Assembly (NCBI GenBank): GCA_051439425.1 | Contig: JBFRWD010000145.1 | Coordinates: forward strand, 1 to 13,063 | Origin: Synechococcus sp. | GTDB lineage: Bacteria > Cyanobacteriota > Cyanobacteriia > Thermostichales > PCC-7336 | Direction of reading: 5' to 3' | DNA: 13,063 bases | Part shown: positions 1 to 7,957 of the stretch, one piece after another | Position numbering within the stretch: the stretch's first letter is position 1 | Layout: each line of letters opens with the position of its first letter | Translations under genes and position numbers: made by a program | Notes under the pieces: model-generated | What the model saw: only the letters and a program-made list of their open reading frames with translations | Databases searched by the model: none | What the model was told of the DNA's origin: nothing

Positions 1-582
1 CGACTTCCGAGATTTTTCCAGCTCCTAGCCAGGTCGGGCAAAAAGGCATCGGGTCGCCTCTGTGCTAGCTGGCGATAAATCTCAACAGCTTCTTCAGTCG
101 CGCGTAACGCTTCTTCCTTTTGCTCCAAATTGCTTAGCCTATTTCCGAGATTGTTCAAGCTCAAAGCCAGGTCGGACAAAAAGGCATCGGGTCGACTCTG
201 GGCAAGCTGGCGAAAAATCTCAACGGCGTCTTCATTCGCGCGTAACGCCTCTTCCCGTCTTCCTAAATAGCTGAGCATGGGCCCGAGGTTGGTCAAGCCC
301 AAAGCCAGGTCGGACAAAAAGGTATTGGGTTGGCCCTGTGCTAACAGGCGATAAATCTCAACGGCTTCTTCCACCGCACATAACGCCTCTTCCCGTCGCC
401 CCAAATCGTTGAGCCTAACTCCGAGGTTGTTCAAGCTCCTAGCCAGTTGAGGCAAAAAGGCATCGGATCGAATCTGGGCCTGTTGGCGTCTGATCTCAAC
501 GGCTTCTTCCGCCGCACGTAGCGCCTCTTCCCGTCGACCCAAATAGCTGAGGCGTATGCTCTGGTTATGCACTAGCCTTGCT
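1..582 (-). repeat. Intragenic 138-bp (46-aa) tandem TPR-like repeats, 4 full units plus a partial fifth
   Basis: Anchor ggcatc/ggtatt recurs at 45, 183, 321 and 459 (period 138). Units: ARLVHNQSIRLSYLGRREEALRAAEEAVEIRRQQAQIRSDAFLPQL / ARSLNNLGVRLNDLGRREEALCAVEEAVEIYRLLAQGQPNTFLSDL / ALGLTNLGPMLSYLGRREEALRANEDAVEIFRQLAQSRPDAFLSDL / ALSLNNLGNRLSNLEQKEEALRATEEAVEIYRQLAQRRPDAFLPDL / ARSWKNLGSR... Confidence 0.92.
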
Positions 583-2351
583 CGTTCTTCCTGGTTCGCC
601 TCACTACTGTCTAATGATTGAGTAGTTGTAGTTTCAGCCAACTCTCTGAGGGCTAAAGTCTGCGCTGGTACCAGTTCCATTAAGGCCTTGGATAATTCTG
701 GGTTGGCATTGACGAGTAAATAATTGGCCAACACTCTACCAATGGGATCTCCACCTGCGAGGGCAACAAAAACTGCGGCAAAAGCCGAACGCTCTAAATC
801 CTCCTGAAACACCTCAGCCAGCCAGCTTTCAGTGTCTGGTTTACGCGCTGCAACCCGATTCAGAACCGTCAAACCATTAAACAATTCAGACGGTTCACTA
901 GGTCTTACCCAAGCCGTCCTCAATTCATCACTTTGTATGAAAGCTGTTTCAACCAGTCTTTCTCCCAACAGGTCAGGCTGTAGTGGCTCAATTCTCTCTG
1001 CAGTGCCATACAGTTCGGAGTAGACTCGAGCAAATTGCTTTAGTTGTAGGCGCGTTAATTCGGCTAAGTCGGGCTGCCATTGAAGGACTCCACGGAGACG
1101 TTGTCTATTGCAACCACCTGCTAAAACCAGCATGGTTGCTCCTTCCGCAAGCACATCTTGCTGAGCGAGTTCGGTTGATAAACCTAAATCTCGCGCCTTT
1201 TTCAGCCAGTATCCGCATTCCCGCTCTACACCAAAATCCAGCAATTTATCACGCTGTTCGATCTTCTTCCCCTCCATAGCAGCTAGGGCAGCTAAGTGAA
1301 TGAATAGAACGCGATTAAAGTCTTCATTTGCAAGAGAAGGAGCAAATGTTGGCCAAGGTTTTTCCAACAGTCGCGAATAAGTAAAAACTGCCTCTTGATA
1401 GACAGATTCGCGATCTGTCAGCTCGGATGCCAGCGGCAGCAGTCTTCGAGGCTCCGAATCCTTGCCAACCAACACCTCGTGATCGTGAGACTCCTTCAAC
1501 AGTTGCTGCCACCATTCCCCCTCAGATCTGGCTATCAACAACACCCGAACTGGCTGTCTAAAATCTTTTGTCTTGGCTGCCCGAAATAATTCCTTGACCT
1601 GCTCCCGCCGAGTCTCTGCATAGTCAACCACCAACAATGTTGGTCGCCGCAGCTTCATCAACCCATTGGCCGCTTCTGGATTGTTGAGATACCTTTCAAA
1701 TTCAATCCGATCTACAAACGCCGTCTCCCAATACTTCTGCCGCAAATGCTTGCAAAGCTCGATAGCAAATCGCGTCTTCCCCAATCCACCTGCCCCAGTC
1801 AGCAACCGAACCGCAAACAGGCTGTCCTCCTCACACCACTGCTCATATTCCTCCAACAACTCCTGTCGTCCAACAAACGGCACCACCCCATACTCCGCCC
1901 TCAGCAAAATACTGGGTCGTAAATCACCCTCAGGTGGTTCCCTCGTCGGCTCCTTCAACAGCCGATCCGTTACGTATTTTGGGGGCGCAAGACGATGTCT
2001 TTTGGCCTGTATTCCTTTCAGCTCCCCAGGTAAAGGGGTGCTATCCAGTAAATCAATCCTGAGAACATCGTTCCCTTTCTCAAGTGCTGCTAAATACTCC
2101 TGACGCACCCAGTCAGACTGCGCCGCATATTTAGACCAAATCAGCACTACACGATCAGCTGTCTTGACCTCTTTCTCTAGCCTTTCTCGCCAGTTTTCTC
2201 CACTTCGGATGCTTTTGTAATCTAGAAAGTAATTCTGATTTACTTCATCATAGTCATCGGCTTTTCTTGCAGCCCACTCTCTGTCTTCCCTCGCATAGCT
2301 AATGAAGACCTTATTCGGGGGATTCTTCTCAGGATCTTCGACAGCAGCCAT
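1..2351 (-). CDS. TIR domain - STAND-class P-loop NTPase - TPR repeat protein (NLR/Avs-like); 3' end lies beyond the window
   Basis: Manual translation from ATG at 2351 gives 783 codons with no stop before the window edge. TIR_2-like N-terminus: MAAVEDPEKNPPNKVFISYAREDREWA...YFLDYKSIRSGENWRERLEKEVKTADRVVLIWSKYAAQSDWVRQEY. NTPase: PFVGRQELL, Walker A GAGGLGKT (1773-1796), Walker B LLVVDYAE, sensor-like VRVLLIAR, then EPLQPDLLGE. TPR-like repeats follow from about 582 to the edge. Confidence 0.93.
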   Translation of the reverse strand, partial: MAAVEDPEKNPPNKVFISYAREDREWAARKADDYDEVNQNYFLDYKSIRSGENWRERLEKEVKTADRVVLIWSKYAAQSDWVRQEYLAALEKGNDVLRIDLLDSTPLPGELKGIQAKRHRLAPPKYVTDRLLKEPTREPPEGDLRPSILLRAEYGVVPFVGRQELLEEYEQWCEEDSLFAVRLLTGAGGLGKTRFAIELCKHLRQKYWETAFVDRIEFERYLNNPEAANGLMKLRRPTLLVVDYAETRREQVKELFRAAKTKDFRQPVRVLLIARSEGEWWQQLLKESHDHEVLVGKDSEPRRLLPLASELTDRESVYQEAVFTYSRLLEKPWPTFAPSLANEDFNRVLFIHLAALAAMEGKKIEQRDKLLDFGVERECGYWLKKARDLGLSTELAQQDVLAEGATMLVLAGGCNRQRLRGVLQWQPDLAELTRLQLKQFARVYSELYGTAERIEPLQPDLLGERLVETAFIQSDELRTAWVRPSEPSELFNGLTVLNRVAARKPDTESWLAEVFQEDLERSAFAAVFVALAGGDPIGRVLANYLLVNANPELSKALMELVPAQTLALRELAETTTTQSLDSSEANQEERARLVHNQSIRLSYLGRREEALRAAEEAVEIRRQQAQIRSDAFLPQLARSLNNLGVRLNDLGRREEALCAVEEAVEIYRLLAQGQPNTFLSDLALGLTNLGPMLSYLGRREEALRANEDAVEIFRQLAQSRPDAFLSDLALSLNNLGNRLSNLEQKEEALRATEEAVEIYRQLAQRRPDAFLPDLARSWKNLGS

Positions 2352-2375
2352 CAGCAAGTGCGATCCGATGCCGAA

Positions 2376-2384
2376 ACTATAGCA
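2376..2384 (-). promoter_or_regulatory. Candidate extended -10 promoter (TGcTATAGT) for the TIR-STAND-TPR gene
   Basis: Minus strand reads TGC-TATAGT, ending 24 nt upstream of the ATG at 2351. This matches TGn-TAnnnT. No obvious Shine-Dalgarno in the short leader. Confidence 0.4.
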
Positions 2385-2691
2385 GCACCATCAAAAAACT
2401 CACCGGCAAACAGAGCAGTCTTTTCAATAAACGAGGTTCGCTGCGATACCTGACCCTACGCCCGAGTTTTTCCAACCGAGCTGCCGTCAGCAAACGCTCT
2501 ACTTGTTCTCATCGTGTTTCTGCGTAATCAATCTCAAAGAGCGGCTACTTACCTACATTTGCGAGATTGACGACGGGGATGTTGCTGTATCGGAAGATTT
2601 GTAGGGAAGCGGGCGTCGCTAAAGTGAACTGGATAAAATTTGCTGTGAAATTGTCAAGACAACTCGATCGGCCTAAATAAAGGAGGTGCTC

Positions 2692-3006
2692 GTGATTCTA
2701 ACCACCCTGGAAGGCGTTCCCGGCATGCAGATGCTCGAACATTACGGCTTGGTCAGCGGTAATACCGTGCGAGCCAAAAACGTGGGTAAGGATTTCTTAG
2801 CTGGTTTTAAAAACCTGGTGGGTGGAGAACTGAAAGCCTACACCGAGCTGTTGCGAGAGTCCCGTAATGAAGCCACCGATCGCATGATCGCTCAAGCGCA
2901 GCAAAAAGGGGCAAATGCAATTGTCAATATTCGATTTGCCACGTCCTCCATTGCGGCAGGGGCAGCAGAGCTGTACGTGTACGGCACTGCCGTTCGCGTT
3001 CAGTAG
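2692..3006 (+). CDS. YbjQ/UPF0145 family protein (putative heavy-metal-binding fold), soluble
   Basis: Family motifs GLVSGNTVRAKNVGKDFLAGFKNLVGGELKAYTELL and GANAIVNIRF...YGTAV. AGGAGG at 2681-2686 overlaps the track start (2686), so GTG at 2692 (MILTTLEGVPG, 104 aa) is the more likely start. Confidence 0.9.
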   Translation: MILTTLEGVPGMQMLEHYGLVSGNTVRAKNVGKDFLAGFKNLVGGELKAYTELLRESRNEATDRMIAQAQQKGANAIVNIRFATSSIAAGAAELYVYGTAVRVQ

Positions 3007-3051
3007 TATCAACGCTTTGTAATATCCGTGTCTAGGAGCTGAACAGTTGGT

Positions 3052-3510
3052 ATGGCAGAACTCATCATCTTCTTGATTTTGCTAGGGCTGGGATTTTTTG
3101 TCGGCAGCTACATCGAAAAGAAAAACTACGCTGATATTCGGGCACGAGAAGCGCAAACTCTACACGTACCAATCGTGACATTTGGAGCCAAACAACAGAT
3201 GCCTCCGAATTCGGAGGCTGCACTGTTTGTGGGAAGTGTGGTTGTATCTGCAGACTATTTCAAAATCATTGTGGCTGGACTGCGTAACCTGGTGGGTGGA
3301 CGCGTCACAGTGTACGAAAGTGTAGTCGATCGCGGCCGCCGAGAAGCCATGCTGCGTATGAAAGAGCAAGCCATTGCTTGGGGGGCGAGCCAGTTGGCGA
3401 ATGTTCGCATCGAAACATCTGATGTCGGCAGTAAAGCCAGCAACCAGGGCATCATTGCAATTGAGGTGACCGCTTACGGTACGGCACTGCGCGATCGGCA
3501 ATTACGTTAG
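3052..3510 (+). CDS. YbjQ/UPF0145 family protein with N-terminal transmembrane helix
   Basis: Hydrophobic N-terminus LIIFLILLGLGFFVG; YbjQ motifs GLRNLVGGRVTVYESVVDRGRREAMLRMKEQA and NVRIET...AYGTA; AGGAG upstream. Confidence 0.85.
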   Translation: MAELIIFLILLGLGFFVGSYIEKKNYADIRAREAQTLHVPIVTFGAKQQMPPNSEAALFVGSVVVSADYFKIIVAGLRNLVGGRVTVYESVVDRGRREAMLRMKEQAIAWGASQLANVRIETSDVGSKASNQGIIAIEVTAYGTALRDRQLR

Positions 3511-3570
3511 TCCGCGTCCCTGCGGTCGCCATGTTTTTTAGCGTTTGAAACGCCATGTTTCTCTCTTGCT

Positions 3571-4458
3571 ATGCCCTCCCCTAAATACGTTCCGAAACCC
3601 ATCACCGAAGAGGTGAATGTTACGCCAGTCCATCCTTTGGCTAATTTGGCCTATCTTGTGACGGTGATTGGCGTATGTTCGGTGGTGGCCTATCTTTTAT
3701 TGGGATGGATTTCTGATATTCTGGTCGGCCGGATTGAGCCGGAGACCGAAGTGGCGATTGCCCGCCGAATCAATCCGCAAGAGTTAGAGGATGAATCCAG
3801 TCGCGATCCTCGTGCTGTCTATTCTCTAGATTTGCTCAACTCCATTCGGGATACCGCTGTTGTGGATCGGGTTCCCCTGAGGCTCAATATTTACGAATCA
3901 GAAGTTCCCAATGCTGGGGTATTTCCCGGCGGGCATATCGTTGTTAGTCAAGGGCTGCTGGATACGGTTGAATCGGAAAATGCTCTGACTTTTGTGCTTG
4001 CGCATGAGTTAGGTCACTTCGAACATCGCGACCCGCTGGAACGATTGGGACGGAACTTAGTATTTCTGACCGTGGCCTCTGCGTTGGGCATAAATTCCGG
4101 ATCGAGCGGTAATGCGGTGTCGATTACCAGCGGACTGGCCGAACTGCATTACGGACGCGGTCAGGAGCTAGCCGCTGATGCATTTGCCTTGCAGAAAGTC
4201 GTCGAACATTACGGTCATGGTGGAGGTAGCCTGGAATTTTTTGAAGATATCTTGGCCTCGGGAGATGACGGGCGCTTCACCGATTACTTTTCCACCCATC
4301 CTATGACCCAAATTCGCATCGATCGCCTCTACGAACTGGCCGAACGCAATGGTTGGCCCATGCAGGGCGACGTAACCCCTTTTCCGGAAGAATTACGGTC
4401 TGCAAAGTATTTTGACGAAGAAAGGCCAGAAAAAGTGGGCAACGCACGAAATAAATAG
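3571..4458 (+). CDS. M48 family zinc metallopeptidase, single N-terminal TM anchor
   Basis: PNAGVFPGGHIVVSQGLL, HExxH motif VLAHELGH, third-ligand motif QELAAD, and C-terminal FSTHP...RI; TM segment near residues 24-47. Confidence 0.9.
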   Translation: MPSPKYVPKPITEEVNVTPVHPLANLAYLVTVIGVCSVVAYLLLGWISDILVGRIEPETEVAIARRINPQELEDESSRDPRAVYSLDLLNSIRDTAVVDRVPLRLNIYESEVPNAGVFPGGHIVVSQGLLDTVESENALTFVLAHELGHFEHRDPLERLGRNLVFLTVASALGINSGSSGNAVSITSGLAELHYGRGQELAADAFALQKVVEHYGHGGGSLEFFEDILASGDDGRFTDYFSTHPMTQIRIDRLYELAERNGWPMQGDVTPFPEELRSAKYFDEERPEKVGNARNK

Positions 4459-4515
4459 TTCAGATTGCCGATCTTTGTAGCTTTAGCGTTAGATGCTCGG
4501 CGGCAGAACGTGGTG

Positions 4516-5151
4516 TTATCGAGTGCCGAACATGCGATCGCCCGCATCCCCCAGCCCTGGAATAATGTAGCCCCTTTCGTCTAAGCACTCGTCAATTGCT
4601 GCCGTAACCAGCGGCACATCAGGGTGTTCTGTTTGAAAATGCTCGATACCTTCAGGGGCTGCCAGCAGACACATAAACGTAATTGACCGTGGCCGAGCTT
4701 CTTTAAGGCGGTGAACCGCCGCTACAGCAGAGTTTCCCGTCGCGATCATCGGATCTACAACCACCATGTCCCGCTCGTCGGTATCGTGAGGAACTTTGAA
4801 ATAGTACTCGACTGCAACGCGGGTTTTGGGATCGCGATACAAGCCGATATGTCCCACTCGGGCTGATGGAATTAGCTTCAACATGCCATCTAACAGTCCT
4901 TGACCTGCCCGCATGATTGAAATCAAGACCAGCTTCTTGCCCACCAGCATAGGGGCATGGGTTGACGCAACTGGAGTTTGAATAGAGACCAGTTCGAGAG
5001 GGAGGTTTCGCGTCGCTTCGTAAGCCATCAACATGCCAATTTCATCCAGCAGCATCCGAAATTTAGCGGTGCTGGTGTCTTTTCGACGCATCAAGGTGAG
5101 CTTGTGCTGAATCAGAGGGTGCTCGATTTGGGTGATTGGGGCTGGCATCAT
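4516..5151 (-). CDS. upp: Uracil phosphoribosyltransferase (Urc6-like in this context)
   Basis: [27 protein letters not shown]-binding [13 protein letters not shown]-terminal [16 protein letters not shown]. Start abuts the upstream stop (TGA ATG ATG), so the true start may be 5148. Confidence 0.96.
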   Translation of the reverse strand: MMPAPITQIEHPLIQHKLTLMRRKDTSTAKFRMLLDEIGMLMAYEATRNLPLELVSIQTPVASTHAPMLVGKKLVLISIMRAGQGLLDGMLKLIPSARVGHIGLYRDPKTRVAVEYYFKVPHDTDERDMVVVDPMIATGNSAVAAVHRLKEARPRSITFMCLLAAPEGIEHFQTEHPDVPLVTAAIDECLDERGYIIPGLGDAGDRMFGTR

Positions 5152-6441
5152 TCAAAAAACAGTACCGTCGCTTTGGATTGAGATCGGAGGACTGCCATCT
5201 GCCCGCTTTTGACGAGCAATCCGACGTCCTGCACTCCAGGTGCCCCCCTCCAAGACTCTAGCTAAAGGAAACTCGCTGGCTGTTAGACCCAGCCGATCGC
5301 GCAACTGCTCGGCCAGGCGATCGAGTAAAGCCAATGTCAAAGCCCTCCACTCGACAACGATCTCCGATCTGGGCAAGTGCGGCCGTCCCATTACACCTGC
5401 ATACTTGGGAATGAGGACTCCCATATCCACAAACAATCCACCGTTTCGATACTCGGCCAACCCGGTTAAGTGCTCCAAATCAGTGACTCTCCAACCCAAG
5501 TCCAGCAACGGTTCTACAAGCGAATAGGTCAACCACTGAGAAAGCTTGTGAAACGGCACCAGGGAGGCACCGGGTTCGTCTCCAGCCAGAGACTGATGGG
5601 GCCAAACGTCACCCAAGTTAACCCCTCCTAGCTGAATTCGCCCCGGCCAAATCGGTCCAAGTCCTTCCAATACAGAAAGCAGTATTTTTGTTGCCGAAAT
5701 CGTTGGTAAAGCTCCTGGTTTACCGCTTTCAAACATCTCGGATATCCAGTACTCCAACAAATTACCAGGACGGGTAGGAGCCCCCCCAAAGTACACTGGC
5801 TGCTCTGTAAGTACCTGCCCCAGTCGGTGCAGTAAATCCAAACGTCCCTTCAGACCCACAAGTGGATTGGTTGGCGACACCTGTAATCCAGCAGCCACTG
5901 AAGACTCTGTCAATTGCTGCAATCCCTCAGCATCTACTTGCATAGGGCACTGGGGATCGGAGGAGAAAAATCCATTTCCGAACATCACTAGACTCGCGAC
6001 CGCCAACCCTTCCGAGCGGGTTAGGGTGGCACCGCTAGCCGGATCGGTATACGACCACTGACTGCCGGCTCCCGCGTCTAGCAGAACGCTGACCACGGCT
6101 AAGTCCAGCTTTGCTTTCGCCCGTTCTTCTTTGGACGCGTTAGCCAGCATATTCTCCATGACCGATAATCGTGGGGTACCCCCGACGTCGAAGTGGCGCC
6201 AGCGACTGTGAAAGGGGACATTCAGTTGTGGATAGACGTCTGTCAAAGTGTCGAGAACGTAATCAACTGTTGGCGAGAGTCGGTCGAGATTACAGTCGAA
6301 ATGCTGTAGTTCCCCCTGAATGGCCTTGTTAAGTAAGGAATGACAACGATCGCGAATAGCTTGAGGCGTACGCAAATACACGATTGCCTCTGCTTCCGTG
6401 TGTATGTGCCTGCGCTCCATCCCCCAATCACTCACGTCCAC
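5152..6441 (-). CDS. DUF1688 / URC4 (Urg3) family uracil catabolism protein
   Basis: Motifs PFHSRWRHF, SVLLDAGAG, RSEGLAVAS, VPFHKLSQWLTYSL, LTGLAEYRNGGL, VVEWRALT, VLEGGTW and C-terminal SDGTVF. Start uncertain (GTG 6441, GTG 6435 or ATG 6420). Confidence 0.9.
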   Translation of the reverse strand: MDVSDWGMERRHIHTEAEAIVYLRTPQAIRDRCHSLLNKAIQGELQHFDCNLDRLSPTVDYVLDTLTDVYPQLNVPFHSRWRHFDVGGTPRLSVMENMLANASKEERAKAKLDLAVVSVLLDAGAGSQWSYTDPASGATLTRSEGLAVASLVMFGNGFFSSDPQCPMQVDAEGLQQLTESSVAAGLQVSPTNPLVGLKGRLDLLHRLGQVLTEQPVYFGGAPTRPGNLLEYWISEMFESGKPGALPTISATKILLSVLEGLGPIWPGRIQLGGVNLGDVWPHQSLAGDEPGASLVPFHKLSQWLTYSLVEPLLDLGWRVTDLEHLTGLAEYRNGGLFVDMGVLIPKYAGVMGRPHLPRSEIVVEWRALTLALLDRLAEQLRDRLGLTASEFPLARVLEGGTWSAGRRIARQKRADGSPPISIQSDGTVF

Positions 6442-6461
6442 TCACCTCAATATCATCCCCC

Positions 6462-7736
6462 TCAACTGTTCAAATCGCGACCGTAGGCTGTGGTCAAACT
6501 GGTCCGATCGGGAACGGCACCATCTGTGTAATAGCCGGCTGCTTTTTTGGCATCGATCTCTACTCGGGCATCAGCCGGAATCAGCTCTTCGGGAATTGAA
6601 ATACGTTCGCAAATCTCGATCCCCGACTGCGTGACCGCGTCGTACTTCAGATTGCTCATAGAGACAAATTTGTCGATGCGGGTAATGCCCAACCAGTGCA
6701 AGACGTCTGGCATAAGCTCTTGGAAACGCATATCCTGCACTCCCGCCACACATTCGGTTCGACTGAAGTAAGCGTCAGCGCGATCGCCCCCTGACTGCCG
6801 CTTGCGAGCGTTGTATACCAGGAACTTAGTCACTTCACCCAGTGCGCGACCTTCCTTGCGGGCGTAGACAATCACCCCAGCTCCCCCAGCCTGTGCTGTT
6901 TCGACCGCTACTTCGATACCGTGAACCAAGTAGGGGCGGCAGGTGCAAATATCGGAACCGAATACATCCGAACCATTGCATTCGTCATGAACCCGTACGG
7001 CAAGCTGTCGGTTTGGATCGGCAATTGCTTCAATATCCCCCAAGATGTAGACCGTGAGCCCTCCAATCGGCGGCAAAAACACGTCTAAGTCAGAGCGAGT
7101 GACCAGTTCGGGAAACATCCCTCCCGTTTGTTCGAACAGCGTGCGCCGTAACTCCCCTTCATCGACGTTAAATCGGCGAGCAATACCTGGTAGGTGCCAG
7201 ACTGGCTCGATCGCCGCTTTCGTTACCACTAACTCCCCACCATCCTTCAACACGCGGCCATCAATAGTCAGTCGGCCGCTGTCCACGGCTGCTTGTAGCT
7301 CCGGAATGTTGATGTGGGCCTTTGTTATGGCGATGGTGGGCCGAATGTCGTACCCGTCTGCGAGCAAGTCGGAAAATGATTCGCTCACTATTGCCCCGAA
7401 GGGGTCGAGGGAGACTATTTTGTCGGGATCGCCCCAACTGGGATGGGGACCGATTGGACTGGTGGGAGCAGTATTGGTCAGGTCGGCACGATGCTGAGAT
7501 TGGAGGGCTCCGCTGGCCACAGCCAATGCTCGATAGACGGCATACGAGCCGGAATGAGTACCCACAACATTACGATGGGCAGCATTGGTCAGGGTGGCAA
7601 TCGCCGGTCCCCGCTGCTTTGGATCGGGATGTCCCCAGCGAATCGGCATCGGCTTCGGTCCAAATCGCCCTGGATGAGAGGTAAGGACGATATGTTTGTG
7701 ACGGGGCGGTTCTTGGCGAGGTGATTCTGAGAACAT
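6462..7736 (-). CDS. GTP cyclohydrolase II-like protein with N-terminal GTP_CH_N domain (URC1/Urg1 family)
   Basis: N-domain HIVLTSHP...RNVVGTHSGSYAVYRALAVA; Zn-binding RVHDECNGSDVFGSDICTC; RKEGRALGEVTKFLVYNARKRQ; QDMRFQELMPD. ATG at 7736 (424 aa) is preferred over the track's TTG at 7907 because the extension lacks family motifs and overlaps a candidate promoter. Confidence 0.9.
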   Translation of the reverse strand: MFSESPRQEPPRHKHIVLTSHPGRFGPKPMPIRWGHPDPKQRGPAIATLTNAAHRNVVGTHSGSYAVYRALAVASGALQSQHRADLTNTAPTSPIGPHPSWGDPDKIVSLDPFGAIVSESFSDLLADGYDIRPTIAITKAHINIPELQAAVDSGRLTIDGRVLKDGGELVVTKAAIEPVWHLPGIARRFNVDEGELRRTLFEQTGGMFPELVTRSDLDVFLPPIGGLTVYILGDIEAIADPNRQLAVRVHDECNGSDVFGSDICTCRPYLVHGIEVAVETAQAGGAGVIVYARKEGRALGEVTKFLVYNARKRQSGGDRADAYFSRTECVAGVQDMRFQELMPDVLHWLGITRIDKFVSMSNLKYDAVTQSGIEICERISIPEELIPADARVEIDAKKAAGYYTDGAVPDRTSLTTAYGRDLNS

Positions 7737-7765
7737 GAGCCGCGAATCCAATCGGATAAGTCCAG

Positions 7766-7809
7766 AGTCTAACTCACGGGGAGACTTTACCGATGTAGTA
7801 TCAGATGCA
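7766..7809 (-). promoter_or_regulatory. Candidate NtcA-activated promoter for the URC cluster
   Basis: Plus strand TGTA-GTATCAGA-TGCA (7794-7809) is one mismatch from TGTA-N8-TACA. On the minus strand it is followed after 23 nt by TAGACT (7771-7766, TAn3T), 29 nt before ATG 7736. Confidence 0.5.
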
Positions 7810-7957
7810 CAGAAATCTCCTTGACTGATATCCAGGTTCGATACAGAAGAGTACCGGGGGTAGCATGTACATCTCCATGATTGATCGTAGGTAGGGGCCT
7901 GGTTCAAACCTAGGCAACAGTCAAACTGGTTTTCTCGGGCAAATCAGTAGGAATCTT

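Noticed and set aside
1..582. 138-bp periodicity as a CRISPR array
   Set aside because: The period is a multiple of 3, the whole unit is homologous with no unique spacers, and it translates as TPRs.
62..2103. Short track ORFs at 62-274, 832-1023, 983-1279, 1324-1515, 1395-1589 and 1666-2103
   Set aside because: All overlap the long TIR-STAND-TPR frame (antisense or out of frame) and have no recognisable motifs.
1980..2351. TIR gene as part of Thoeris, CBASS or Pycsar (the latter suggested by nearby uracil genes)
   Set aside because: No ThsA, cyclase or sensor partner in the window. The TIR is fused to a STAND NTPase, and the uracil genes form a separate metabolic cluster.
2528..2570. Inverted repeat tcaatctc...gagattga in the divergent intergenic region
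   Set aside because: Only 8 bp with a 27-nt spacer, no T-tract and no recognisable operator; could be chance.
3511..3560. Small hairpins and a 10-bp direct repeat (cgccatgttt at 3527 and 3551) between the second ybjQ-like gene and the M48 gene
   Set aside because: Stems are only 4-5 bp and the T-run is offset; too weak to call a terminator or operator.
6462..7736. Annotation as riboflavin biosynthesis ribA/ribBA
   Set aside because: It has the URC1-type N-terminal domain rather than DHBP synthase, and its neighbours are DUF1688 and upp rather than rib genes.
7737..7907. 57-aa N-terminal extension of the cyclohydrolase from TTG 7907
   Set aside because: No family motifs; overlaps the candidate NtcA box and -10; ATG 7736 lies just before the conserved HIVLTSHP.
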